A DNA stretch of 64,000 nucleotides from an uncultured Bacilli bacterium (GCA_944329365.1 CALVIC010000002.1:5062-69061), one strand, 5' to 3'. Counted from the first letter of the stretch, positions 18,995 to 28,662 are shown. The notes: generated from the sequence alone by a model not told the origin. A program made the numbers and translations.

Positions 18995-19750
18995 ATGGAA
19001 GTGTTTGTTGTAATATTTATATTCATCGTAGGAACCTTACTTGGCTCCTTCTATAACGTCGTTGGCTATCGGCTTCCAAAAGGGGAGTCGATAGTTTTTC
19101 CGCCGAGTCACTGTCCAAATTGTAATCATCGACTAGGAGCATCGGAACTAATTCCAATCTTCTCATTTCTATTTCAAAAAGGGAAATGTAAACACTGCAA
19201 ACAAAAGATATCTGGATTTTATCCTGTTTTTGAATTCTTAACAGGACTTCTATTTGTTATCTCATATCTCATATTCGGGCCGACCAAAGAGTTCATTCTG
19301 TCGATAACTTTCATATCTATGCTTATAATTATCGTTGTAAGCGACTATGAATTCATGATAATATCCGACGAAGTTCTAATCTTCTTTGGAATCCTTTTAT
19401 TCGGTGAAATTTGGTGGATAAACAGCTTAGAAGAAGCCTTATATTCCCTTTTAAATGGAATACTTGCTTTCTTTACGATGTGGGCCCTGAAAAAATTTGG
19501 CGATTTTCTATTCAAAAAAGAATCGATGGGTGGGGGAGACATTAAACTACTTTTCATCTTTGGTATGGTTTTAAGCTATCCAATTGCCATCCTTTCTATC
19601 TTTTTAGGCTCACTCATTGGTCTTCCAATATCTTTAATCATTATGGCCCGAAAATCAACTCATATAATTCCTTTTGGACCATTTCTAGCTGCTGGTGCCA
19701 TTATTCTATTTTTAACCCAAATTGACATTCAAGCAATATTTAACTTCTAA
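18995..19750 (+). CDS. prepilin peptidase (A24 family)
   Basis: Zinc-binding CPNCNHRL...CKHCKQKI, catalytic Asp motifs VVSDYEF and GGGDIKLL, polytopic. Confidence 0.88.
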   Translation: MEVFVVIFIFIVGTLLGSFYNVVGYRLPKGESIVFPPSHCPNCNHRLGASELIPIFSFLFQKGKCKHCKQKISGFYPVFEFLTGLLFVISYLIFGPTKEFILSITFISMLIIIVVSDYEFMIISDEVLIFFGILLFGEIWWINSLEEALYSLLNGILAFFTMWALKKFGDFLFKKESMGGGDIKLLFIFGMVLSYPIAILSIFLGSLIGLPISLIIMARKSTHIIPFGPFLAAGAIILFLTQIDIQAIFNF

Positions 19751-19752
19751 AA

Positions 19753-19780
19753 AAATACTATTTTGGGTAGTATTTTTTTT
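19753..19780 (+). terminator. rho-independent terminator
   Basis: aaatacta-ttttggg-tagtattt followed by a T-run. Confidence 0.65.
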
Positions 19781-19858
19781 AAAGAAAAAATGATATAATG
19801 GAGATAATCAAAAAATAGAGAATAAAAATCTCTAACAAGTAAATAAGAGGTAAGTTTT

Positions 19859-21241
19859 ATGCATAAAAAAATAGTTATAATTGTCATAATTTCCGTATTT
19901 TTTTTAAGTCTTATATCTATATATCAGTTCTACCCACCGACATTTAATCTTAAAAAAGGCAATATAAAATTAGAATATGGTAAAAAATATAAAGAACCCG
20001 GATTTGAGGTAACTAGGTTTGGACGCGATTACACAGCAAAAGTTAAAGTACAAAACCACATCAACTATAAAAAAATCGGTAACTATGACATTGATTACAA
20101 GATAAAAATCGGTTTTATGACCTTTAAAAAGACAAGAAAAGTAAAAATAGTCGATGACGAAAAGCCAATAATTACCTTAAACGGTGACCTAACAAAGACA
20201 ATATGTCCTAATGCCGAATATCAAGAAGAAGGATATAAAGCCACCGACAATTATGACGGCAATTTAACAAAAAAAGTAAAAGTCAAAAACAAAGACGGTT
20301 TAATTTATTATAGCGTAGTTGACTCATCTAAAAATAAAACCGAAATAACAAGACAAATTATCAAAGAAGATAAAACTCCGCCACAGATTACCCTAAATGG
20401 TAAAAATGAAACTATTTATAAAGGAACAAGTTACCAAGACAAAGGCGCATCCGTTACTGATAACTGTGATAATAATTTAACCATAAAAACCAGTGGAACC
20501 GTTGACACAAATAAAATTGGAACTTATACTATAACATACGAAGTTACCGATTTATCAGGTAACGTGTCTTCTGTAAAAAGAACAGTTAAAGTTATCGAAA
20601 AACCAAATCAGTCATCTAAAACTGGTGTAATCTATTTAACATTTGACGATGGACCAAACGAAGGAACAACCAATATAATCTTAGATATATTAAAAGAAGA
20701 AAACGTCAAAGCAACATTTTTCGTAACCGGCAAAGGGCCAGATTATTTAATTCAAAGAGAATATAACGAAGGACATACCGTTGGGCTTCACACATACTCT
20801 CATAACTATCAAAGCGTTTATAGTTCATCTAACAATTATTATCAAGATCTTTACAAAATTCAAAACAGGGTGAAAAAACTAACTGGTTATGAGTCTAAAA
20901 TCATCAGATTTCCTGGAGGCTCATCAAACACTGTCAGTAAAAAATACTCATCAGGAATAATGACATATCTAACTAAAGATGTTGTGAATAAAGGGTTTAA
21001 ATATTATGACTGGAATATAAGTTCCGGTGATGCCGGGGAAACCACATCTTCGTCCGGTGTCTACAATAACGTTATAAAATCTTTAAGTAAAAACCGCAGC
21101 AATATTATTCTCATGCATGATATCAAACCATATACTCGCGATGCCTTAAGAAATATTATTAAATACGGTAAAAATAACGGCTATACCTTTGAAAAAATAA
21201 CCATGAATACTCCTATGGTTACCCATAAAGTAAACAACTAG
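19859..21241 (+). CDS. polysaccharide deacetylase (NodB/CE4) with N-terminal TM and two Ig-like (DUF5011-type) repeats
   Basis: Repeats begin DDEKPIITLNGD and DKTPPQITLNGK. CE4 motifs YLTFDDGP, GLHTYSHNY, RFPGGS and ILMHD. Confidence 0.85.
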   Translation: MHKKIVIIVIISVFFLSLISIYQFYPPTFNLKKGNIKLEYGKKYKEPGFEVTRFGRDYTAKVKVQNHINYKKIGNYDIDYKIKIGFMTFKKTRKVKIVDDEKPIITLNGDLTKTICPNAEYQEEGYKATDNYDGNLTKKVKVKNKDGLIYYSVVDSSKNKTEITRQIIKEDKTPPQITLNGKNETIYKGTSYQDKGASVTDNCDNNLTIKTSGTVDTNKIGTYTITYEVTDLSGNVSSVKRTVKVIEKPNQSSKTGVIYLTFDDGPNEGTTNIILDILKEENVKATFFVTGKGPDYLIQREYNEGHTVGLHTYSHNYQSVYSSSNNYYQDLYKIQNRVKKLTGYESKIIRFPGGSSNTVSKKYSSGIMTYLTKDVVNKGFKYYDWNISSGDAGETTSSSGVYNNVIKSLSKNRSNIILMHDIKPYTRDALRNIIKYGKNNGYTFEKITMNTPMVTHKVNN

Positions 21242-21257
21242 AAAAGAAGTGATGTAA

Positions 21258-22085
21258 ATGGAAAATCAAAAACAGATAAAAATATTCGGGATTATTATAG
21301 TTCTGGATATTCTTTTATTAATAATCTGTACTTTGTCATATACAAAACCAGATGGCCAACTCAAAAAAATACCAAAAAAAACTTTTACCAAACAAATCAC
21401 CTTAAAAAAAGCATCTAAAATCAAAGTTCAAAATATAAATCCTTCTATCATCTCAGACAAAACCATTTACTTAACCTTCGACGATGGACCAAGCTATTTA
21501 ACCCATGAAATATTAGATATATTAAAAGAAGAAAATGTTCCGGCTACCTTTTTTGTCACCTCCCAACAAATAGACAAATATCAAAATATCATCAAAAGAG
21601 AATATACTGAAAATCATACAGTTGCCGTTCACACCGCAACCCATAACTACAGTTACATATATTCAAGCGAGCAAAATTATTTTAACGATTTAACTGAAAT
21701 CAGAAACAAAGTATTTACTATCATCGGAGAAAAGCCTAGAATAATCAGGCTTCCAGGCGGCTCTTCAAACACAATTAGTAGGAAATACTCACCAGGCATC
21801 ATAACAAGAATCACAGAAATCCTAACGCATAACGACTTTTATTACTACGACTGGAACATCGATTCGATGGATGCCTCAGGATATATCGATGAAAACCAAA
21901 TATATAATAATGTCATTACCCATCTAAAAAGCGGAACTAATATCATTTTAATGCACGACTCACCAACCAAAATGACTACAGTAGGCGCCCTAAGAAATAT
22001 AATAAAATATGGTAAAGAGAGTGGATATACGTTTGCTAAAATAACCAAAAAAACTCCACAAATTCATCATCATATAAACAATTAA
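21258..22085 (+). CDS. polysaccharide deacetylase (NodB/CE4), membrane anchored
   Basis: Motifs YLTFDDGP, AVHTATHNY, RLPGGS and ILMHD. Paralogue of the catalytic domain of the preceding gene. Confidence 0.88.
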   Translation: MENQKQIKIFGIIIVLDILLLIICTLSYTKPDGQLKKIPKKTFTKQITLKKASKIKVQNINPSIISDKTIYLTFDDGPSYLTHEILDILKEENVPATFFVTSQQIDKYQNIIKREYTENHTVAVHTATHNYSYIYSSEQNYFNDLTEIRNKVFTIIGEKPRIIRLPGGSSNTISRKYSPGIITRITEILTHNDFYYYDWNIDSMDASGYIDENQIYNNVITHLKSGTNIILMHDSPTKMTTVGALRNIIKYGKESGYTFAKITKKTPQIHHHINN

Positions 22086-22139
22086 AAAAACTTGACTTTC
22101 TCTAAATAAATATAACAAATTAAAGAAAGGAGAGTTTTA

Positions 22140-23054
22140 ATGGATAAAAACGAACTATTATTTATGCTTCCAATTTTAATTGGAGGAATGTTAGTTAAAA
22201 CAAACCTCATCCTTGATCACAAAATTAAAATAAAAAGCAGAAAAAATACTAAAGACGAACATAAAAAAATTAAAAAACAATTCATTACCAAAGATAAAAA
22301 TTATCAAAAATATAACTTTCCTATAATAAAATACGCCATATTAAATAAAAAAGAAAACCAAAAATTATTAGATATATCCCAAAAACTAGAAAAAAAATCA
22401 AAAATATATCAATTTTATCAAACCATAAGTCAAGAAATTAAAATAGAGCATCTCACTAACTTTTTGACAAACGCACAGACCGTAACCATAAGTAATGAAA
22501 AATTAACTCTGATCAAACAAATAATTGAAATAGAAAAAGGCTTAATTAAATTTGCTGAATATGATTCAAATAAAAATGAGATTACAATTTATCACAATTT
22601 CGTAAAAAGTGCCATCAACCACGAACTTCTACATCTAGCATCATTTAATTCCTGCACTAAACAAGTTGGTTTTTCATATTATGACAACAAAAAAAATAAA
22701 ATTTTGATAGGTAAAGGAATTACCGAAGGATACACCGAACTTCTTAATAGACGATATTTTAATTCTAAAAGTCTCTCTTATTCAAAATTAAGGAAAATAG
22801 CCGAATTAATCGAACTCTTTTATGAAGATAAAAAAGACATGGAAACTGATTTCTTCCATGCAAATTTTTATAACCTTTTAGCTCATCTCACCCAAATTAT
22901 TTCTTATGACGAAGCTATCAATATGCTTATTAACATTGATTATATTCTTTATCATCCACACGATAATAAGTACTTTAAGAATCTTAAAGAAAACATATAT
23001 AGCTTATACTCACAAAACCATAGTAAAAGCAAAAACAAAGTTAAAATAATATAA
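22140..23054 (+). CDS. uncharacterised membrane-anchored HExxH (zincin-like) protein, paralogue 1
   Basis: 304 aa. N-terminal TM followed by a Lys-rich segment. HELLH at nt 22620-22634; conserved GITEGYTELLNRRYF and KKDMETDFF blocks shared with the next two genes. Confidence 0.6.
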   Translation: MDKNELLFMLPILIGGMLVKTNLILDHKIKIKSRKNTKDEHKKIKKQFITKDKNYQKYNFPIIKYAILNKKENQKLLDISQKLEKKSKIYQFYQTISQEIKIEHLTNFLTNAQTVTISNEKLTLIKQIIEIEKGLIKFAEYDSNKNEITIYHNFVKSAINHELLHLASFNSCTKQVGFSYYDNKKNKILIGKGITEGYTELLNRRYFNSKSLSYSKLRKIAELIELFYEDKKDMETDFFHANFYNLLAHLTQIISYDEAINMLINIDYILYHPHDNKYFKNLKENIYSLYSQNHSKSKNKVKII

Positions 23055-23069
23055 ATAGGGGAGGATTGT

Positions 23070-24002
23070 ATGGATTATCAAAATATAACTTTTTTATTTT
23101 GGCTGTTAACAGCCTTCAATGTAGAGTTTCAATATGCAAATTATGTTACGAAAAAAAACAGATATGAAATAAACAAATATAAAATTCAAAAATTTAAACG
23201 CGAAAACGATAAAATAAAATTTCAAAAATTTAAAAACGATTTTACAAATATCTTTACTTCTTTAAAAAAAATACCAAGAATAAAATACGCCATTTTATCA
23301 GCTGATGAAGTAGCAAAAATAACTAACCTTGAAAGTTCTATAGAAGATAAAGATGTCATTGAATTTTACCAAACACTAAAAAATAATGTCACACCAAATA
23401 ACTTGATGAATTTCTATAATAACATTCAAACATTAAAGATTGTCAAAAGCAATAATTCAAACATCAAAAAGTTAGAAGAAACAATGTTTTTTTGTCTTGG
23501 TAACTACGACACCGCCGAAAATATAATAAACTTTTTTTATAATCCTCAAAATAATAAAGACACTCTTCATCACGAATTATTTCACGTCTCTTCAACAGAC
23601 CGTAAAAGCAACGTTAGCGGCTTCGAATTAAACCTCGCATATGACCATCTTTTTATATCAATAGGTCGCGGCCTAAATGAAGGATACACCGAAAATTTAT
23701 GTAATCGCTACTTTAAAACAGGAAAAGAAAAAGCATATCCAAAACTACAAAATTTAAGTATATTAATAGAACAATTCTATGATAACCCCAAAGATATGGA
23801 AGCCGACTACTTTAATGCATGTTTAATAAATCTAATTACCGAACTATCTCAAAAAATGAAAGTTGAAGAAGCAGTAGACATTCTTGTGGATATAGATTAT
23901 ATTCATGAGCACCCAGATGATCAATTCTTTTATAAAAAAACATATTCAAAAATAAAAAAATTATATAATAAATCTCAAAGAAAAAATTTAAAGTCAAAAT
24001 AA
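23070..24002 (+). CDS. uncharacterised membrane-anchored HExxH (zincin-like) protein, paralogue 2
   Basis: 310 aa. HELFH at nt 23571-23585; GLNEGYTENLCNRYF and PKDMEADYF. Only 15 nt after paralogue 1 (GGGGAGG Shine-Dalgarno), so co-transcribed. Confidence 0.6.
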   Translation: MDYQNITFLFWLLTAFNVEFQYANYVTKKNRYEINKYKIQKFKRENDKIKFQKFKNDFTNIFTSLKKIPRIKYAILSADEVAKITNLESSIEDKDVIEFYQTLKNNVTPNNLMNFYNNIQTLKIVKSNNSNIKKLEETMFFCLGNYDTAENIINFFYNPQNNKDTLHHELFHVSSTDRKSNVSGFELNLAYDHLFISIGRGLNEGYTENLCNRYFKTGKEKAYPKLQNLSILIEQFYDNPKDMEADYFNACLINLITELSQKMKVEEAVDILVDIDYIHEHPDDQFFYKKTYSKIKKLYNKSQRKNLKSK

Positions 24003-24017
24003 AACAAATGTGTAGAT

Positions 24018-24045
24018 TTGACAAAAATTCAAAAAAGATTATAAT
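24018..24045 (+). promoter_or_regulatory. consensus sigma-A promoter (TTGACA, 16-nt spacer, TATAAT)
   Basis: ttgaca at 24018-24023 and tataat at 24040-24045, upstream of paralogue 3. Confidence 0.55.
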
Positions 24046-24080
24046 ATAACCCATAATTTAAGTAAGAGGAGGAATATTAT

Positions 24081-24980
24081 ATGAAAGAATGGCTTATATC
24101 TGGTGACATTTTAGCCTATGTATTTGTTGGAGGAGTAGTCTATTATCAGCACACCTGCAGAAAAAAAACAAAACTGGTTCTTAAAAAATATGAAGAGACA
24201 CTAAATGAAGCAGTAAAGGAAAACAAAAATACGCTTTTTATTAAAGAAAAATATGCAATTTTAAACAAAGAAGAAAAAGAAATATTTAAACAAGTTGAAA
24301 ACAAATTAAAGCAAAGCAATGAAGCAATCTATGAATTCTACCGTGAACTTACAAGACACACATCACCTGAAAACCTTCGTAATTTCGTTAGTAACATTCA
24401 ATTTGCAACCCTAGATATAAATGACAGCAAAAAGAAATGTGTTTTTCAGTCATTTTACGATCAAACAAAAAACAAAATAACCATTTATACCCAATTACCT
24501 AAAACCCTAACCCACGACCTTTTGCACCTTTCTTCAAATAATCAATCGGCCAAAACAAACGGTTTCCACGCTTATGGAACATTCAAAGAAGATTCATATG
24601 AAATTGGCAACGGATTAGATGAAGGATATACCGAAATTCTAAATCAACGCTATTTCCAGCAAGTGGCTATTAATTCTCCAAAATTAGTAAGATTATCTAG
24701 TCTTATTGAAAAATTCTATCAAAATCCTAAAGATATGGAAACAGACTATTTCAATGCTTGCTTAGAAAATCTCATTCTAGAGCTTACAAAATCTATGGAT
24801 ATTAAAGACGCAATCAACATCGTTTTAAAAATAGATTACGTAGCTATTCATCCAAATGATCATATATTTTATCACAAAGTAATAAACAAACTAATTGAAC
24901 TATATCGTCAAAGTCATAAAAGACAAGAGACCAAAGAATTCGTCAAAGAAGCAAAAAAACAAATTGTCAAGCAAAAATAA
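24081..24980 (+). CDS. uncharacterised membrane-anchored zincin-like protein, paralogue 3 (HDxxH variant)
   Basis: 299 aa. HDLLH at nt 24513-24527 where the paralogues have HExxH. GLDEGYTEILNQRYF and PKDMETDYF are conserved. Confidence 0.6.
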   Translation: MKEWLISGDILAYVFVGGVVYYQHTCRKKTKLVLKKYEETLNEAVKENKNTLFIKEKYAILNKEEKEIFKQVENKLKQSNEAIYEFYRELTRHTSPENLRNFVSNIQFATLDINDSKKKCVFQSFYDQTKNKITIYTQLPKTLTHDLLHLSSNNQSAKTNGFHAYGTFKEDSYEIGNGLDEGYTEILNQRYFQQVAINSPKLVRLSSLIEKFYQNPKDMETDYFNACLENLILELTKSMDIKDAINIVLKIDYVAIHPNDHIFYHKVINKLIELYRQSHKRQETKEFVKEAKKQIVKQK

Positions 24981-24995
24981 CTTTAGTACCTAAAT

Positions 24996-25024
24996 TTGAC
25001 AAAAGTTTACTTTAATATTATAAT
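24996..25024 (+). promoter_or_regulatory. consensus sigma-A promoter (TTGACA, 17-nt spacer, TATAAT)
   Basis: ttgaca at 24996-25001 and tataat at 25019-25024. AAGGAGG Shine-Dalgarno before ATG25051. Confidence 0.6.
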
Positions 25025-25050
25025 TAAATAGCCATGTAAGGAGGAAGAAT

Positions 25051-25428
25051 ATGAATATATTAGATACATTAAAAAACGTTAAAAAGGCTACAGAAAATTA
25101 CTTAAAAAGTGTTCAAACTCCTGATGAAAATTACATAAACAAAATCTATAATTATGTAATTAACATTGAAAACTTAGATAAAGAAGAGTTAAAACTCTTA
25201 AATAATTTTATCAATAAATATAACCCGGAAATAGTTACCATAACAGTTGCTGTTCCAAACTTAAGTATCTTAAAACATCAATTTAAAAAAATGAAACCAT
25301 ATGAAGTTTCTAAACCAGATGCGCCAATTAGAAGAATAACTAACAAAAAAACAGTCAAAGAAATCGGTGACCATCATGCTAAAGTTAAAGTTAGATTAAT
25401 CAAACCAGCACTTACTTTAGCTGCTTAA
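25051..25428 (+). CDS. hypothetical protein (125 aa) ending in ...PALTLAA
   Basis: ORF with a perfect promoter, AAGGAGG Shine-Dalgarno and its own terminator. No family recognised. Confidence 0.55.
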   Translation: MNILDTLKNVKKATENYLKSVQTPDENYINKIYNYVINIENLDKEELKLLNNFINKYNPEIVTITVAVPNLSILKHQFKKMKPYEVSKPDAPIRRITNKKTVKEIGDHHAKVKVRLIKPALTLAA

Positions 25429-25430
25429 AA

Positions 25431-25456
25431 AATACTAGAAAACCTAGTATTTTTTA
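25431..25456 (+). terminator. rho-independent terminator
   Basis: aatactag-aaaac-ctagtatt followed by ttttt. Confidence 0.7.
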
Positions 25457-25526
25457 TATCTAATAATCTCTTTATTTCACTTTTCTTACATATTTATGGT
25501 ATATTATTATTGAAGGAGGACTGCCT

Positions 25527-26192
25527 ATGAAAATATTAATTGTCGATGATGAAAAGCTAATTAGAGACGTTATCAAAACATATGCTGAAGAAGAAAATTA
25601 TGAATGTTTAGAAGCTGAAAACGGTCTAGAAGCTCTAAATATAATAAATAAACAAAACATTGATTTAATCGTCCTAGATATCATGATGCCTAAAATGGAT
25701 GGCATGACTTTTCTCGAATCATTAAAAAAAGAAAAAAACATTCCAGTTATTATCTTATCAGCCAGAACTGAAGAATACGATAAACTAAGAGGTTTCGACC
25801 TTGGAACAGACGATTATTTAACCAAACCATTTAGCCCAAAAGAATTAATCGCCCGTATCAAAGCCATTCTCAAAAGAACTAAAAATACCCCTGAAGATAT
25901 ATATCAATATCACGATTTAAAAGTTGACTTTAAAGCTCACGCCGTAACTATTGGCGACGAAGAAATAAAACTAACCCTAAAAGAATATGAGCTTCTAGTC
26001 TATATGCTTGAAAACCAAAACATCGCTCTATCGCGTAATCAACTGCTAAATAAAATTTGGGGATATGACTTTTACGGTGACGATCGAACAATTGATACCC
26101 ACGTTAAAATGCTTCGAAATAGTCTTGGTAAATATCGTGATTTAATAATCACCGTTAGAGGAGTAGGTTATAAATTTGTTCCAAAAGATTAA
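25527..26192 (+). CDS. OmpR/PhoB-family response regulator
   Basis: Receiver domain (DDE...LIVLDIMMPKMDG...TKPF) plus winged-helix output (TIDTHVKMLRNSLG...VRGVGYKF). Confidence 0.92.
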   Translation: MKILIVDDEKLIRDVIKTYAEEENYECLEAENGLEALNIINKQNIDLIVLDIMMPKMDGMTFLESLKKEKNIPVIILSARTEEYDKLRGFDLGTDDYLTKPFSPKELIARIKAILKRTKNTPEDIYQYHDLKVDFKAHAVTIGDEEIKLTLKEYELLVYMLENQNIALSRNQLLNKIWGYDFYGDDRTIDTHVKMLRNSLGKYRDLIITVRGVGYKFVPKD

Positions 26193-27630
26193 AAACGGAT
26201 TCAAAAAAATTCTATCAAATATTAAAAATACCAAGCCAAACGGCTTAACCACCAAAATTTGGTTATTTTTAATATCTTTTTCTATTATAATTCTTTTATC
26301 ATTATGGCTATTTCAAACACTATTTTTAGGAACCTATTATAAATATCGTAAAACAAATGATTTAAATAAGGCAGCAAACGAATTAAAAGAAAATAGCAAT
26401 TACTTAAGTTTCTCAGCCATCGAAGAAATCGCCAAAAAACGTGATATTTGCATTGAAATATATGGAGCAAATAGTTCATACGTTTCCAGCATTTATAATC
26501 AAGGGTGCATGGAATTTGGTAACAAAAATTTCAAAGTAAAAAAAGACTTTTTAAATAGTGGCCTTGAAGAACAGCACTATAGCTTAATTAACCAAGACTT
26601 TAAAAAGGAAACATTGATTTATGCCTTAAAATTAGATAGTACAACGTATGCCTTCATTAATGCATCCATTGAACCTCTAGATTCAACCATTCAAATTATA
26701 TCTAGTCAGTTTATCTATACAACCATCGGTGTTTTAATCCTGTCACTAATCGTCGGATATTTCATATCTAAAAGTATCTCTAAACCGATCATTCAAATAA
26801 GTAAAAACGCCCGTAAACTTGCAGATCGAAACTTTAGTACCGATTTCACAACAAACTCCAATATATACGAAATAAACGAATTAACTGATTCGTTAAACTA
26901 CGCTAAAGAAGAAATATCCAAAACGGAAAAACTTCAAAGAGACTTGATGGCCAATGTCGGTCACGACCTTAAAACCCCTCTTACAATGATCAAAGCATAT
27001 GCAGAATTAATTAGAGACATTAACTATAACAAAAAAGATAAGTGTGAAGAAAACTTAAATACCATCATCGAAGAAACTGACCGTTTAACCTTACTAGTTA
27101 ATGACATCCTAGATTTATCAGCCCTTCAAGCTAAAGCTACACCATTAAAAATCGAAAAAATAGATTTAAATGATTTAATCTATCAAATTATCGATAAATT
27201 TAACATATTGACCGTTAAAGAAAAATATAACTTTGTCTTCAACCACCCAGATAAAGTCATTGTCGAAGCAGATTATAAACGAATTTATCAAGTAATTTAT
27301 AACCTAGTCAACAATGCAATCAATTATACCGGCGAAAACAAAAAAATTACTATCGACATCAAAGAACAAAAAGATACATATTTAATTGAAATAATCGATA
27401 CCGGAAAAGGAATTAAAAAAGAAGAACTATCCCATATTTGGGACCGCTATTACCACAGTGATAAAAAACACAAACGAAACAGTTATGGAACTGGACTAGG
27501 ATTATCGATTGTTAAACAAATTCTTCAAAGTCACGGTAGCAATTATGGTGTTAAAACAAGCAAAAAAGGATCGACTTTCTACTTCGAAATAAAAAAAATT
27601 GAACAAACCAAAAAGAATTCTCATAATTAA
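26176..27630 (+). CDS. sensor histidine kinase (2 TM, HAMP, HisKA, HATPase_c)
   Basis: H-box ANVGHDLKTPLT, N-box NLVNNAINYT, G1 IDTGKGI, G2 GTGLGLSIV. TTG start overlaps the response-regulator stop. Confidence 0.9.
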   Translation: MFQKIKNGFKKILSNIKNTKPNGLTTKIWLFLISFSIIILLSLWLFQTLFLGTYYKYRKTNDLNKAANELKENSNYLSFSAIEEIAKKRDICIEIYGANSSYVSSIYNQGCMEFGNKNFKVKKDFLNSGLEEQHYSLINQDFKKETLIYALKLDSTTYAFINASIEPLDSTIQIISSQFIYTTIGVLILSLIVGYFISKSISKPIIQISKNARKLADRNFSTDFTTNSNIYEINELTDSLNYAKEEISKTEKLQRDLMANVGHDLKTPLTMIKAYAELIRDINYNKKDKCEENLNTIIEETDRLTLLVNDILDLSALQAKATPLKIEKIDLNDLIYQIIDKFNILTVKEKYNFVFNHPDKVIVEADYKRIYQVIYNLVNNAINYTGENKKITIDIKEQKDTYLIEIIDTGKGIKKEELSHIWDRYYHSDKKHKRNSYGTGLGLSIVKQILQSHGSNYGVKTSKKGSTFYFEIKKIEQTKKNSHN

Positions 27631-27692
27631 AAAAGACTCCTTTATTAGTTTATAAATCAAATACATTGTTCATTGTTATTCAAAACAAAATA

Positions 27693-27712
27693 TGTTACAA
27701 TGAAAAAGGTGA
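27693..27712 (+). promoter_or_regulatory. extended -10 promoter (TGTTACAAT) plus AGGTGA Shine-Dalgarno
   Basis: tgttacaat at 27693-27701, aggtga at 27707-27712, ATG at 27717. Confidence 0.4.
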
Positions 27713-27716
27713 TAGT

Positions 27717-28637
27717 ATGGTGTATCTACTTTATGGCATAAATGAATTTGCCATTCAAAAAGAAATAGAAAAAATAACTAAAGATTTCGATAAAATGAAT
27801 ATCAGCAAATATGATTTAGCTGAAGATGATATCAAAGACGTTATAAATGATGCCGAAACATTTTCGATGTTTGCCGATAAAAAAGTTGTCATTGCCGAAA
27901 ATGCCACAATATTTACATCTTCTGGCAGTGGAGATTTAGAAACACTTGAAAATTATTTAGCCCATATTAATACAAGTACCATATTGATATTTACCATTAA
28001 CGAAGAAAAAGTCGATGAACGCAAAAAAATAACAAAAAAAATCAAAAAAGATTACAAACTAATATCATTCAATCAAAATGAAACACCAAACAGCCTCGTT
28101 AAAAGCCTTCTAAACGGTTATAACATTACTTCATCAAACATAAACCTTTTAATCGATAGAGTAGGAACTAACTCTCTAATTTTAGAAAACGAAGTTAATA
28201 AAATAAAACTATACAAAGACGATAAAACCATCACCAAAGAAGACATCTTAAATTTAACCACTAAAAGACCAGAAATCGACATTTTCAAACTAATCGACGA
28301 CATTGTTATGAAAAACAAAGATGAAGCGCTAGAAATATATAATGAAATGCTTAAAGTAAACGAAGAACCCTTAAAAATTGTAATTCTACTTGCTAGTCAA
28401 TTTAGACTTATGTATCAAGCTAAAGAACTTGTCAAAAAAGGTTATAGTGAAAAAAATATTTCAGAACTTCTAAAAGTTCATCCATACCGGGTCAAATTAG
28501 CACTTCAAAAAGGAAAAAAATATAAAGCTGAAACTATACTTAACTATTTGAATACTTTAGCCGATATCGATATTGCCATTAAAACAGGTAAAACAGATAA
28601 AAACCTCGCACTTGAATTATTTCTATTAAACGAATAA
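27717..28637 (+). CDS. holA: DNA polymerase III delta subunit
   Basis: About 306 aa from MVYLLYG. Delta-subunit layout (N-terminal YLLYG...E, the C-terminal winged-helix region HPYRVKLALQ). Start chosen on Shine-Dalgarno position. Confidence 0.75.
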   Translation: MVYLLYGINEFAIQKEIEKITKDFDKMNISKYDLAEDDIKDVINDAETFSMFADKKVVIAENATIFTSSGSGDLETLENYLAHINTSTILIFTINEEKVDERKKITKKIKKDYKLISFNQNETPNSLVKSLLNGYNITSSNINLLIDRVGTNSLILENEVNKIKLYKDDKTITKEDILNLTTKRPEIDIFKLIDDIVMKNKDEALEIYNEMLKVNEEPLKIVILLASQFRLMYQAKELVKKGYSEKNISELLKVHPYRVKLALQKGKKYKAETILNYLNTLADIDIAIKTGKTDKNLALELFLLNE

Positions 28638-28662
28638 AGCTATGGAATTACTCCATAGCTTT
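28636..28662. terminator. bidirectional stem-loop between holA and rarA
   Basis: 11-bp stem aaagctatgga-attac-tccatagcttt. The right arm overlaps the last codons of rarA. Confidence 0.6.
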
